Below are positions 51,900-64,000 of a stretch of 64,000 nt of DNA, one piece after another (the first letter of the stretch is position 1; the number at the start of each line of letters is the position of its first letter). The notes under the pieces were generated by a model. That model saw only the letters and a program-made list of their open reading frames with translations, had not been told where the DNA came from and did not search any database. Origin of the DNA: Tubiluchus corallicola (lineage: Eukaryota; Animalia; Priapulida); the NCBI GenBank assembly GCA_030141605.1, contig JAQGDQ010000495.1, positions 62,001 through 126,000 of the forward strand, written 5' to 3'. Both the position numbers and the translations under genes were made by a program.

Positions 51900-54800
51900 A
51901 TGTCTAGCGGGTTTGTTACTTATTATTATTGCTTGCTTTGCTTTACATACAAAATTTAACCAATGCATTAAAAACAGCAAAATTGCAGAATTTGATGTAG
52001 TTTTTCTACCCCACCCTTGTTTTAAGTTAAGCCTTCAAGTCAACGTTGTTAAACTAGTTGGTTTTAAATACGATTGCAGTAGTAGGCCTGATATAAGAAA
52101 TACTAAGTCAAAATAGGTTTTTATTTGACAGAGGGCGAGTTCTCTGTGTTCTTAGTTTTACTAACAGTTTACCAGAAAGAGTGGTTGGTGCACCGAATTT
52201 AAACTTTTTTAAAGAGAGATTGAGGGCTTCACGTTAGCCATGGTTTAAGAATCCATCGTTATTATGAAAGATTAAGCGAATTTGACTGAAGGCCCTCGCA
52301 ATTAATGCGCACACTAGCAGTTTAAAAATAGCTGTGTTTGATGTTTTTATAAATATAATTTTTTCTGATGCATTGTCAAGTCCAAGTTTAAGTTAATGTC
52401 ATAATAAAACGGAAAAAGTTTAACTGAGTGTAGACGTGAACACAGCTGCTGAATGTAGACTCAGAATTACACTTAGTTAAAGCACAGTATAAAAATCTAG
52501 CTATAGACAAGAAATGCCAATTGATGGAGCGTGGAATTGAAATGCTTTCATAAATAATTAGGTTGTAATTACTTAGTTATAACATGCGTAATTACTGTCT
52601 GTTGTACTGTCCATGCATACAGTGTGACTAGTCAAGTTGGTCTTTCGTCATTTCGCATCCAAGTCAAGTTGTGAGTCATTTGTTACGAGTCCGAGTCAAT
52701 GGCACTCGAGTCTGGCTCTAAAGGAAATTGCAAGTCCAAGTTTCAGACTGTAGTAATACACCACTGTTAATATGGCGACTTCTTCTTAGTTACAGTCGAG
52801 TGAAAACTCTGCTTAATTTAAAGTAAGCTGTAAACGTTGCAATTTTGTGGAAGCAGGACTTCGCTATCTAAATAGGTCAACTCCGAAAAAATATATGGTT
52901 TCATTAATTCAAAAACCTAGTCAAATATGGCAAGCTTAGTTTACCAGCCATATGGACAGATGTACAGACATCTTCCGCCTGTCCTTGAGCAGATTTACTG
53001 GAATTAGGACCAGCATTAAATTTGCACTTTGATTATCAAAGCACATTTTTGATCGACAAACTCATATCAGCTTGAGCCTTAGCACACTTTTTCTAGACAA
53101 TAATAATCGCATACCTACTTTTAATGACATTTTTAATTGACTGCGAAATATGGGTCTTATTTTTAAAGTTGTAGAATAAGGTTGATTATAAACTAAATTT
53201 AAAAAAGCTTTATAAAAATTGGGTTTTCCTCTGTAATTATCCAGAGTGAAAAATGCTTCTACATTTATTTACTAAGACTAAGTAGGAATAGTCACTTGTA
53301 ACATCACCTATGGTGTCTATATAACATTACTACTTATGTGGTTTTTATTCATAAGCTAAGATGGCACTATATAGACAAATTATTCGAAAAGTGGCAGTTT
53401 GAAATTACCAGCATAGTATAAGAACATTAAGTGGGTCTATGAGATGAATTATTTTTCAGTTACAGTATTTCAAATTGTCATGTCATGTAATGTTAACAAT
53501 ATGGCATGTGTAAATATTTAAATGCACTCCTGGCATTTTGATCTCCAGTTTTTTTTGAAAAATCTAAGTTAGTGAACTCTAGAGCGTTTTAGTTTTGATG
53601 TGGAGCTTGGCTTAGAGAAAAATCAGTCATGGCAATGGATATATAAGAATATATTCACCTTTTTTGTTAGGTAAAACGTACTTTTTTTATTTTGTAGTGG
53701 GCCAGAAGATGAAACTGCAGCAGATAAGGGTGCCGGAGATGCAAAGACTGAAATGGTAGAAATAAAACTTGAAAGGTGAATAATATCTATTTACTACTCA
53801 GGTCGGAGACAAAAAAACTTGTTTCTGTCTTACCTAATGAGCTCGGAAGATGCCAGTAGGGAGGAAGGAAAAAAATTTTGTTTAAGGCTTTGTAAATGTT
53901 TTAAGCTGAATCGTGGAATATTTAAAATTAGTTGAAACCAAAATTTGTTTCCAACTGGTTAGCAATAATGTTTTGAAGTTTTCAATGCTTGTTTTTTAAC
54001 GCTTCGTTTTTTGTTTCACATTACTATATTATCGTATAATCATCGATGATTGTATAGTCTTTTTTGTATCATGAACGTATGTTCTGATAATTACGATATA
54101 AGTGGCAACACTACTCGGCTGTTAATACAACTGATTTGGTGGAAAATTATGTACTTTTTAGCTTCCAATACGATAGCATCATATAAAATGGTAGCCCTGG
54201 CCGAGAGTTAGCAGTGGAAAAGCATGGCTGCATCCTGCGTTCCCCAAAAGAATGATGTTATGATGATCATTGCATTTTACGTTTTAAATTAAAAAAGTAC
54301 GCTTTTATATGACTGCGTCAAGTATGTATATGAACGTACAAAAAATTGTAAAATTCCCGGCCGTGTGCGCAATAAAAACATATTACCCGGGCAATTAGAC
54401 AGACACAGAAGTATTTTTATTCTCGGCCTCATAAGTAATTTAATATGTAAATTATTCCATATTTCCTGAAATATTTTATAGCTTTTATTACTTTATCTGT
54501 GTCTGCCGGCAGTTTGCTGAGTTCAGTAGGCCTAACCCATAAACTTAGTCTTTACAGCTTTACCATTGCTTTGAATAATGCTGAGTGCATTTAGAACTGT
54601 AATAGATTTAAGCATATTTCTGATGTTCATGAATACCTACATGTGATTTCACTATTACACACACTTTCCAGCTTTGCAAGAAAATCACCAACTAAACCTT
54701 TACAAATACGAAATTAGTATTTTAAGGTATTTAAAGTTGTTTTTATTAAGAAGTTGAATAAAAATTAATCTTGTTAATGGTCTATTTAATGGATCTAATC

Positions 54801-55136
54801 ACTAAAAATGTCAAACATTTTTTTCTGTATAGTCCTAGTAATGGAGGAGTAGATAATCCATTCAGGCCTGGAGGTCCGCTGTCACAGGAGGCGGATCTCC
54901 TAATTGATGCTATAAAGCATGGACGACCGCTTACGCCTACGGGTGATATAGAAATGGAGTCCATTACTCGAACAGGTGCGTCTCAAGTCAGCGCTGCGCC
55001 ACCTGGGGCGGGAGGCGATGCTGCTGATGGCAAAACTGTAAAAGTGGAAGGTACGGTTGTTTCAGGTACAGATGCGAGTCAAGCGGAAAAGGTAACTATT
55101 GAGAAGAAGAAAAAGAAGTGCTGTGTTATACTGTAG
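51900..55136 (+). CDS. Small uncharacterised lipid-anchored protein (~130 aa; NPF motif, polybasic K5-CCVIL tail)
   Basis: Exons 51900-51910 (ATG TCT AGC GG / gtttgt, in-frame TAA just upstream; tentative), 53698-53775 and 54833-55136 are phase-compatible, 393 nt in total: MSSGGPEDETAADKGAGDAKTEMVEIKLESPSNGGVDNPFRPGGPLSQEADLLIDAIKHGRPLTP...EKKKKKCCVIL. Confidence 0.75.
53698..53775 (+). CDS. Internal exon of the CCVIL-tail protein
   Basis: ttttgtag / gtgaat; GPEDETAADKGAGDAKTEMVEIKLE; GC-richer than its flanks. Confidence 0.75.
53800..54429. mobile_element. TIR element, Kolobok-like MITE, in intron 2 of the CCVIL gene
   Basis: aggtcggagacaaaaaaacttgtttctgtc versus reverse complement of the right end aggccgagaataaaaatacttctgtgtctgtc; superfamily call tentative. 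Confidence 0.6.
54833..55136 (+). CDS. Terminal exon of the CCVIL-tail protein
   Basis: GC-rich open frame after ttttctgtatag, ending KKKKKCCVIL-TAG. Confidence 0.88.
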
Positions 55137-58100
55137 CATTTTTCTGATGTAGCTTTGTATCGAACTTTCATTGTGCATGTGTATTTTCAATTTAATTATT
55201 ACTAGGTTGTGTCCTGGAGTTCTGGACCAACATTTAACTGTGAACAGAATACTCTGGAGTTATTCTTACATTTATTATCGCTACTACTTTTAAGTATGTA
55301 CATTGTACACCATACATAAAACTAATACAGTTGCATGATAATATGAAATATGTGCATTTTTAGTATGTGCTAAATTATTTTTTCACTACCACACTAGTAT
55401 TACTAAGGCAGTTTTAATTGCTTCTGCAATTTCAAGAGTTTTTAAGCTACGAATCTCACGCTTAGTTTTTTACAAATATTATTCTTTAAATATCTTGCAT
55501 TGTTGTGAACTTCCGTGACATGTTCATCATATCACGTAGTGAATTGCGCATCACCTAGTCACTTATGCACACCTGTACTATTCATAATCTTAGATTTTTT
55601 ATATTATTTATTATTTATCATAGTTTAGAATAAGTGCCGGATTTACAACATTTTTATGCTTTTGTAAAATTGCAAGGGCCTACGCTAAAGTATTTCGCCA
55701 CTATCACTTTTAGTCTGTTACAACGTGCAGTAATGTACTGTTTGTAAAAAAATCGTCTATTAGTGGCCCAGTACTACAGATATATGTTTATAAGAGGTGC
55801 TTGCTAATAGTTATGATGCGAGTAATATCAGTTTTAAGATTTTGCACTTGGATATTGCAAGTGCAAATTGTATTATGCTTAGATCACAATTTTACGAATA
55901 GATGGTGAATAAATCTACACAGTATAGTAGGCACTAAGGGTATCCTTGGTGCTGAATCATCAACGTGATTATGCAGTTAGTGAATATAAACTTATGGTCG
56001 AACTTAATCGTTTTTTAATAATTTAACTGAATTAACAAACGCATTTTTAATTGGTTTTTGCCGTCACAGAACCGCCGTTTCTGAAATGTGTCGTCTATTT
56101 TTTTTGTTTTTTATTTTGTAATCTACTAGCAAATTAACTTACTCTGATCTAGTAATGTAGTAAACAGTTGCATAGTTTTGTTATTTAGTACTTAGCATTG
56201 CTTATAAATATATTATATTTATACATGTGGAGTTTTAGTTAGTATTGATTTTTAGTTAGTTAGTCTAAATACCTGAAAGCAAAAGCTGTATAGAGACATC
56301 TCACTTTCTGAGAGAAGCATTATTAATTCGTAACACCTATTTGATTTTAGTGTGTACTGGTACAAAAATTTTTACTTACTGCAGTTAACTTAACAATGGT
56401 GCTCCTTGCAAATTTACTCACCGTTTGATTTTATTTTCACACAATATCATTCACTATGGTATAGATTAGAAGGTTAAACAGGTTCTTAAAACTGCTTTTG
56501 TGTGCACAGTGTTTTTGTACCATTTTCTAAGTTATATGATTTACGTAATTTGTCTTTTATACTTTTTAACTTTCACTAATAATTTGACAATTGGGCTTCA
56601 AATGTGAAGTGTTTGGTTATATTAATGAGTTTGGATCTCGTAAACCTATGCTGTTCTTGTGTTATGCAGTTTATGTTTTCAATTGCACATTATATACTTT
56701 CAACAAATGTGCATTTCATAAGCAAATTGCATGGTTAATATCTATCAACGTCTGGTACTATGATTAAATGAATAATTAATTATGTAATATAACTAAACAT
56801 TTGCTGTTATTCATTTTTATATTTTCTTGTCCCAAACCTTTTCAAATTTTTGTACAGTTCGTTTTCTTTGGATGTGTGTAACTGTAACAGTTCTAATGAG
56901 GTAGTTAGTTATAATATTGAATAGTTTATTTTTATTCATGGCAGACTGAACTATGTTTGCAACTAATTTACTTCTAATTCTAGTAGCTTGACTAACACGA
57001 ATTTTCATGTTTATATTTCTTAACATTGTTATGTTATAACAAAATCACAATTCTGGAATTTGGCTATATATAAAAATGCTGCACTTATGGGTTATGGTCT
57101 CCTTGCACATACCTAGTGTTTGTCAAAGTAGAAGAGCATTATTCCCAAAAATATTGATTGGATTTCCTGGAATATTTTGTTATTGATTAAAATGTAATTA
57201 CATTATTCAAGTTTTGACAATTTGAAGTTGTACATTGCATTTTTTGCATTTATTTCAATTACATTTATAATGTTCCTAAAATTTTAACATTTCAAGCACT
57301 GAAAATGTAAGCAAGTTATTTTAATTTTTTTGAAAGATCTATTTCCATTGCGGATGAAAGTTGATAATTGTATTTGCTAAATTGTTTGCATTTTGTAACC
57401 TGCAGAAATTATCTCTAGTGCTATTAGTATGAATAGTGTGCTGGAGCCAATCCAAATATCAATTTTATTGCTTCCGTTTTATTGCCACTTCTGTTACATT
57501 TATATTATTATTGCATTACTGTCAGGAAGGCATGAATGTTTACCACAGAAGTGTGTATGGTTTAAAACTACGGCTCTGCATAATCACTTAATTTTAAGGG
57601 AACAGTTTGAAGCACTGCCTAACGTTGTACCGTCTCGTTTTCATAAATTAGCTACTGATCATGAATAGTAAACATGGTCAAAGTATTAAAAATTTATGAA
57701 GATGAAAGTAAACAGTTAAATTTGAAATGTTTCATGATAGTGGCATATTTAATGAGTTGCAGCACTAAGTAGCTCTGCCTTTCAAAGCTTCATGGTAAAA
57801 AACTTATTGGGAGGGGAAGGCTTAAAGTCGTTAATGAAATGTACTTCGAAGCAGGTTAGAAATGCTTACATAGGCCACCTTTGAGCAATGCAAATTTATA
57901 ATTTTGGAATTAGTGTGCAAAAATTTTCCCAGTATGTCTCATTTTTACTTGATGTTTACCCAAGTTTTTTGGTAATATAATCAGTGTTTCTCTACCTTTT
58001 GCTAATTGTTTGTACAGTTTGTAGACGTGGATCTTCCGTAGTTGTATAATGCAAACAAAGGGGTTAAGCATTTTTACTTTATGTCATGTTATTGTTCTGG

Positions 58101-58720
58101 TTACAGCACAGGTGAACTCAACAACAGCAGCTTTTGTATCTAATGTTGCAAGTGTAATAGTTTAACATTTTTCTGAGAAATGTAGGCTAGCTTTTGTAAA
58201 TAAATATTCATCTGAAAATGTAACGTTTTAGTGAAACGTATTATGTGCATCGATAAATAAAGCATTTTTGTTTTACAGCTTATTAACGCATTTGTATTGT
58301 TTCAGTCAGTAGTTAGTGATTCACTGTTCTACTGTTGGTGATAAACCTTTAATTTTTAGAACATTAACACTAGACGTAACTGCTATAAGCGAGTCTAACA
58401 TGGTTATATAAATTTACACTTCAAGTTTAACTGCAAACTTTCAGCTCGAAGAAAAGACAAGAATCCAAGTAACAATTCTTACTTCAAGCCAATGAAGATA
58501 AAAGATAAGTTTGAAGATGAACTGGAAATTTAAACTGCTGCTGCATGTTACCATACGAGTTTTCATGTACTCAACGTATGCAAGACTGCATTGGTCAAAA
58601 ACAATATTTAAGTAATTAATTTAACTTGAAAGTAGTTTTATTACATATTGCTAAAAGCTCTAATTTACTATCAACACTGTACACAAATGGCAGTTTCTTC
58701 TAGCTAGGCGACACTTATCA

Positions 58721-59827
58721 TCAAGATGTAAGCCGTTGTGCTTGTTCTACTTTTGCTCTCAATGATGCTAGAGAGATCAGAATAGCTTCTTCTGTTCGTA
58801 TAGTTCTACTACCTTGACGAGGACATGTGTTTAAATAATATGGAAATAAATCAGCCGGTTGTGTCTCTTTCAACCGTTCATCTGCTTCTAATGCAGCTTC
58901 TATACCATGCAATCCTCCAAATACGACAATCATGTGTTTAAATGATGGCAATGAGATGCCATCAACATTTTCACCTTTGTCTGAAGTTCCAACTAAAAGA
59001 TCGTATCCGTCCTTATAAGGAGCTTCTGTGATTACTGTTCTCAAGCAAGAAGCTAAGCGCACAGAGTAGCCCCAGTACAGGTTTTCATATAATGTTGGTA
59101 TGTTTGGAGACACCACTGCACCTTTCAACTTTTTGCCAGAGTCGGCATTCTGCAATTTTACTGTAACTCGTGTGCCAGGTTGCAAAACTTTGTCGATTTG
59201 GGCTTCTTTGTAGAGTCCTACATTGACAAATGATCCTCTTCCAGGTTTCACAGGTTTATCCAAAACTACGCCTTCCCGATAAGTGCTCTCTTCGTCCATT
59301 CGTAGATGATGAGGTGCATCCAAAGGATTTAACAACCCAGCATATTGCAAATCTTTATGTTGCGGAAAAAGGCTCTTGCGGAGGTACTGCGGGCACTCTA
59401 AGTACTGTAATATTCTTCCCAATTGCACTGTCCCATGTCCTTTTTTACCAATGCCACTAAATTCTCCGGAAGTCGTCTTTTCTTCGCTACTCGATGCAAT
59501 CTCATCATAAATGACAACTTCATCAATGTTAAATATAGATGCAGCTCTTGCTATCTGACCTGCTAAGTATGTCCTGAGTTCCGGAGACTGCGCATTATCC
59601 AGAATGGAACCCGGTAATGCGATGCTAATGGTGTACTGGGTTCTTGCAGTTTTATGTCTTTTTTCCACTTCTTTTTCTCTTTGTTCTTGTTTTAAAACCT
59701 CATTCTGTTTTCTTTCCAGCTCTTTAATCAGTTTAAGTTCCCTCCATTTCTTTCTCTCCTGTTTTTCTACTGCACTGCGCTTCTTAACTTTCTTTAATTT
59801 AGATTCACTGGACTTGGTTGTAGCCAT
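58721..59827 (-). CDS. SPOUT1: SPOUT domain methyltransferase 1 (C9orf114/CENP-32), intronless CDS, 368 aa
   Basis: TISIALPGSILDNAQSPELRTYLAGQIARAA, LQYLECPQYLRK, GLLNPLDAPHH, YWGYSVR and NTCPRQGSRTIRTEEAILISL are SPOUT1 signatures; splice acceptor 28 nt upstream of the ATG; AATAAA on the minus strand at 58637-58642. Confidence 0.96.
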   Translation of the reverse strand: MATTKSSESKLKKVKKRSAVEKQERKKWRELKLIKELERKQNEVLKQEQREKEVEKRHKTARTQYTISIALPGSILDNAQSPELRTYLAGQIARAASIFNIDEVVIYDEIASSSEEKTTSGEFSGIGKKGHGTVQLGRILQYLECPQYLRKSLFPQHKDLQYAGLLNPLDAPHHLRMDEESTYREGVVLDKPVKPGRGSFVNVGLYKEAQIDKVLQPGTRVTVKLQNADSGKKLKGAVVSPNIPTLYENLYWGYSVRLASCLRTVITEAPYKDGYDLLVGTSDKGENVDGISLPSFKHMIVVFGGLHGIEAALEADERLKETQPADLFPYYLNTCPRQGSRTIRTEEAILISLASLRAKVEQAQRLTS

Positions 59828-59938
59828 AAGTTAGCAGCTGAGATTCTTGACAAATCTATAAAATAGAAGAAACTGAAACAAATCATACTATCTGAAACAA
59901 GCCGGTCAGTGAAGCTCTAGTTTTAAGTGTATGTAGAA

Positions 59939-60794
59939 TAAGGCTGTAACAGTACACCTAAGTCATGATATGATACACATCACATTACTAAGCTCACAAT
60001 ACGATACGTATCATGATGCACATGACTTTAACGTTTGCAGGTTTTATGAAAAAATAGATGGTGCTAAATATGTTTATCAGTCAACAGTTTTATGACTGCT
60101 AAGTGCTCGAATAACTCAACAACAACAACAATAATAAATAAATAATTTTATTGCCTAAAATTTATATAAAAATTTTATTTGGCGTACAAAATTTACACTC
60201 AAAATTTACAAAAAATCTACAACAATATCTTAAAAACTACAGTTACGTATAAACTTAAAAGACTAACTCTACTACATTATGCAGACAAAAATAAAATAAG
60301 AAAAAAGTTAAAATTTTTAGGAATGAAAATGTTTTAATTTAACGTACAAAACAGCAATACATTGGGAGTTTTTCACCTTCAATGTATAGACTATTGTTTG
60401 CATCGTAAGCCATAAAAAAGCAAAACATATCAAAATTTCAGGATTAAAAGTTGTTTGTGCATTTTCTGGTTCACACTTGCCATTTTATGAGTTTATATAT
60501 GCAAACAATGTAATTAGTCTATTACAAACTAAACACCTTGCATTTTCAATTGCTTTGGCTGCTAGCAATGGGTCAAGTCAACTGCTTGCCACACTGATTG
60601 TGAGGTATCTACAATACACTCCTCAGCTACAACTTGAGTCACTTCAAATCAGCAATATGGTCAAGTGCGTGCTAATTTGCTAAAATAATATCATTGACTT
60701 GGATTATCACCATATGGGTGCACTTTGACTATACGAATATCGCAATAAAAGATATCACAATGCATCGATACATCAAGGTGTCATTGCAGGCATA
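59939..60794. mobile_element. Degenerate hAT-like MITE with an internal AT-rich insert
   Basis: Ends taaggctgtaac / attgcaggcata; subterminal cgatac/gtatc motifs; flanks atgtagaa / atctagag (6/8 TSD match). Confidence 0.55.
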
Positions 60795-61003
60795 ATCTAG
60801 AGTACTACTAGAATAACATTATGTTGAATAGGTGACTGTCACATGGTTTTAAAACTAATAAAATTCAACAGTATAAGAGCTAAAATTTAACAGTATAAGA
60901 GTCATAATCAAGTTTCAGTAGCAAACCTGACAAAAGCATTGAGCTTGAGACTCCCACAATTGCAACTTGACACTCTTACACACATATTCAGTATTTACTA
61001 AAA

Positions 61004-61081
61004 AGCTGGCTTCACTAGCTGGTCAACCTCAAGGTAGCTGGCTTCACTAGCTGATCAACCTCAAGGTAGCTGGCTTTCACT
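61004..61081. repeat. 32-bp tandem repeat x2.4
   Basis: agctggcttcactagctg(g/a)tcaacctcaaggt. Confidence 0.85.
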
Positions 61082-61246
61082 TACATCAACTATAGTGCAA
61101 TGAAGCAAAGCTTAATAAAGATGTCTATTTATCTATTTGCTACATCTATGGTAATGACATTGTTAAGGGACAAAAAAGCAAAATTTTTATATAAAGCTAG
61201 AAAATTTTCCTTGAAATTTCATATCGATTACATTACTTGTTGTTAA

Positions 61247-61921
61247 CAGTGGCATCGCTAGGGTTTATGGCTCCCAGGGGCAAAGGTACAGCATGGCACT
61301 TTGTCTGTAGAGTGGGAGCCACAACGAGCAAGCATAGTGAGTGAGAAAAATTTTCTGACCCCTTATTAGGAGCCTGGAGATTAAATGAGCTTTTGAGATG
61401 GTGTTGTAAAAAAAGTTAGAAATAATGACAATTTTGGTTCCATTTTTTAGATTTTTGAGAAAAAACATTAAACTTCTGTTATTTCAAGAAAAACACAAAA
61501 CAACGGTAAAGCAAACACAGCACAACACATACGATTCCATGAATAATAAATTAGAAATGATGCAGCATCTACCAAAAAACAGAAAGCCAATCAGCAAGCG
61601 CCCGCTCTCTGTTACTATAGTACTGTTGCTGTAGTACATGGTTTGACATCATGAATTTTTTGTAAAAACATGCGCAATAGCGGCATTGGTCTGGTTTATC
61701 ACTCTTTCTTTTCTGCAAATGTGCCATCGCCGTTGTTGACATTTTAGTTGGCAAGTAAAAATAAAAGAATAAAAGCAATACGTTATAAAATAATTCAAGG
61801 TCAATGGACGGCAGTGGGTGGGTGGTGGCATGTCTATTTAGATAAAAAAATGTATTCTTTCCAAAAAATATGGCACCCAGGGACATGTGTCCCCCTTGCC
61901 CCCCCCCAAGAGACGGCAATA
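61247..61921. mobile_element. hAT-type MITE with perfect 8-bp TSD
   Basis: Starts cagtggcatcgctagg, ends ccaagagacggcaata; GTTGTTAA at 61239-61246 and 61922-61929. Confidence 0.85.
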
Positions 61922-62799
61922 GTTGTTAACAATAAAACACCGCTTACATAATAAACCATTACATATCTTAAGACTTTAAATGTTGGTGCTGCAATTACTC
62001 TGCCGGTAAAGAGCAACTTTAAGCAAGATTGTAAAACAAAACAAAAACGGTAATTTTACAGTGCAAAACATCATACCATTTTCTTTTCAGGTCTCTTAAA
62101 AAGCTACTGAACCTTCTAGCGGTATGTCAGAGTGAGACACAGTTGTAGTCTCAGTTTTACTTTTTGGCAATTGTATAACTTCAGAGATCTACTGTAATTC
62201 ATTAGTAATATGACAGCATACTTGTAACGCCCGGATTCATCTCATGGTGTGATAAAAGTGAAAATACCAAACTCATTTGTGTTGTTACATGGATGTCTTT
62301 GATAGCACTATATTAATGTGTTTAACCAGTTTATGATAACCCCTGTTAGTTCTGTCCCACTATAATTATGAGATCCCATGTATATCATATCGTGCTTCTA
62401 GTTCAGGACAGCAAATAGTAGTAGTACAAACAAAGAGTCTGATGTTCATTGAAAGCCATTAAGCATGGGACGATGCCTACATACACCCGCAAGTTACGTT
62501 AAAACTATTTTTCTGCCTAAATTCTGGAGGAAAGAAAGAAACGTGCTGTTTATGGATGGAATTCCGAGATCGTGCAACCAGCCCAGGTACTACCCAACTT
62601 CTAATAAACAAGCTAAACTTTTGCCATGGCTAATTTGAGTGCGAGAAGGAAAAGGGGTTTGGATATAGAAATACAGTAGTGAATAGAAGGATCTGTAATG
62701 TACTTACGTTGATTTTAATTGGTGATAGTACAGTAGCAATAGTAGATTTCTTTATTTATTGTCAAAACTTATAAAAAAATGAACTTTGGCCAGCCTTCC

Positions 62800-63760
62800 T
62801 CACTTCTTTTCGAATTAATTTGTGTGTCATAGTATTAATGCATGATCTTGTAAACTTCAATCATGTATAACCATCTATAAATTAAGCTAGGTAATTTAAG
62901 TAACAGCAACCTATCCTCGCATTCCAGACTTGAAATGTTGTACACTATTTTCGTTGCTCTATGTTGTACATTCTCTAATAAGTTAATGTCTTTCTTAAGG
63001 TAAGGTGACCATATTACATTTCCATACTCCAATACAGGTATAACTAGAAAAGTATACAGTGGAGCAGACATGTCTGTCAAAGGAGTATTTCATTATTTCC
63101 ACAATTTTATTTCCTTTGCTAGCAACAGTTTCCGCGAGCTCATCAAAATTTAGATTTCTGTCAACTATCACTCTTTCTTGCTGTCTGTTCCATCAAGTTC
63201 GATCATCTATTCATCTTTATCTATAACGTAGCTCAAACATCTATGGTCATATGCTATATGCATTGCCTTACACTTTTCGGTATTGAACTTCATTTGCCAA
63301 ATTCTTGCCCATTCATGTAGGCTGTTCAAATCTGCTTGAAGTTCTTCAGCATCTCCTACACAACCGATTTCACTAAATATTTTAGTATCATCTGCAAACA
63401 ATCTTATTGTACTACATAGTGTGCTACCACAAATCAACAACATCTAGTACCTGCATAATACACGATCTATCGTTTATCAAGCCATGCTGTGTCTTTTATA
63501 TGCCATCTTTAATGTCATATCAATCGTTTACGGATTATTTTTTCCAATATCTTCCGCAAGACTCACTGGTCTATAATTTCTCACCATTTTTATTTCCTTT
63601 CTTATGCATACGCGACACTTGACTTAACTCCCAATCTTTGGAGAGTACTTCACTTTCCAATGATTTCCGACAAATAATTGACAATTGATTATGGAATAAC
63701 AGGGTTGTTATTAGGACTTTCACTTTTCTAGTGTCCTACCAACGTAACGTTTGTGAGATT
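62800..63760 (-). mobile_element. CR1-clade LINE reverse transcriptase fragment (frameshifted, internally deleted)
   Basis: IRLFADDTKIF...LQADLNSLHEWARIWQMKFNTEKCKAMHI and PVLEYGNVIWSPYLKKDINLLENVQHRATK...MIEVYKIMH. Confidence 0.92.
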
Positions 63761-64000
63761 GTTGTGAACGGCCTGAGTAAACACAGTAAGTTTAATTGGA
63801 CTAGTGTACTGTTACAAAACTTACCAATCACTTTTAATAGGTGAAATTTTTTTGCCAAATTTTGATCATTCCTGCGCCCATTCAATAAGAGCACAAATAT
63901 AGCAGGAAACATACATAGATAAATTAGATAGTATGAACAGAGCACGTGTGGAAGATGTCATCTTTAGCAATAGCGTACAACTTTAAACTCAATAAACTGT

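Noticed and set aside
62835-63443. Reverse transcriptase as part of a novel RT system
   Set aside because: Ordinary CR1 LINE sequence with stops, frameshifts and deletions

Overview
AT-rich, intron-rich animal (probably invertebrate) genomic DNA, not prokaryotic. I assembled four protein-coding genes by hand from GT-AG junctions with consistent phases. (1) A FAM135A/B homologue (+, 19 coding exons, 10792-38036, ~1301 aa, C-terminal DUF676 lipase-like domain). (2) An ARHGEF39-like DH-PH RhoGEF (-, 12 coding exons, 48409-40072, ~594 aa) with a long C-terminal extension ending in a CaaX box (CTIL). (3) A small uncharacterised protein (+, 3 coding exons, 51900-55136, ~130 aa) with an NPF motif and a K5-CCVIL lipidation tail, head-to-head with the GEF. 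(4) SPOUT1/CENP-32 (-, intronless CDS, 58721-59827). The rest is introns and intergenic DNA with two copies of a tRNA-derived SINE, several MITEs (pogo/Tigger-, hAT- and Kolobok-like), decayed CR1 and RTE LINE fragments, and simple repeats. I found no clear novel multi-gene system. The best leads are the apparently prenylated RhoGEF and its prenylated divergent neighbour, a dense uORF cluster before the FAM135 start codon, intronless SPOUT1, and a cluster of nuclear-receptor sites in a FAM135 intron. Family assignments come from recalled sequences and motifs, not database searches.
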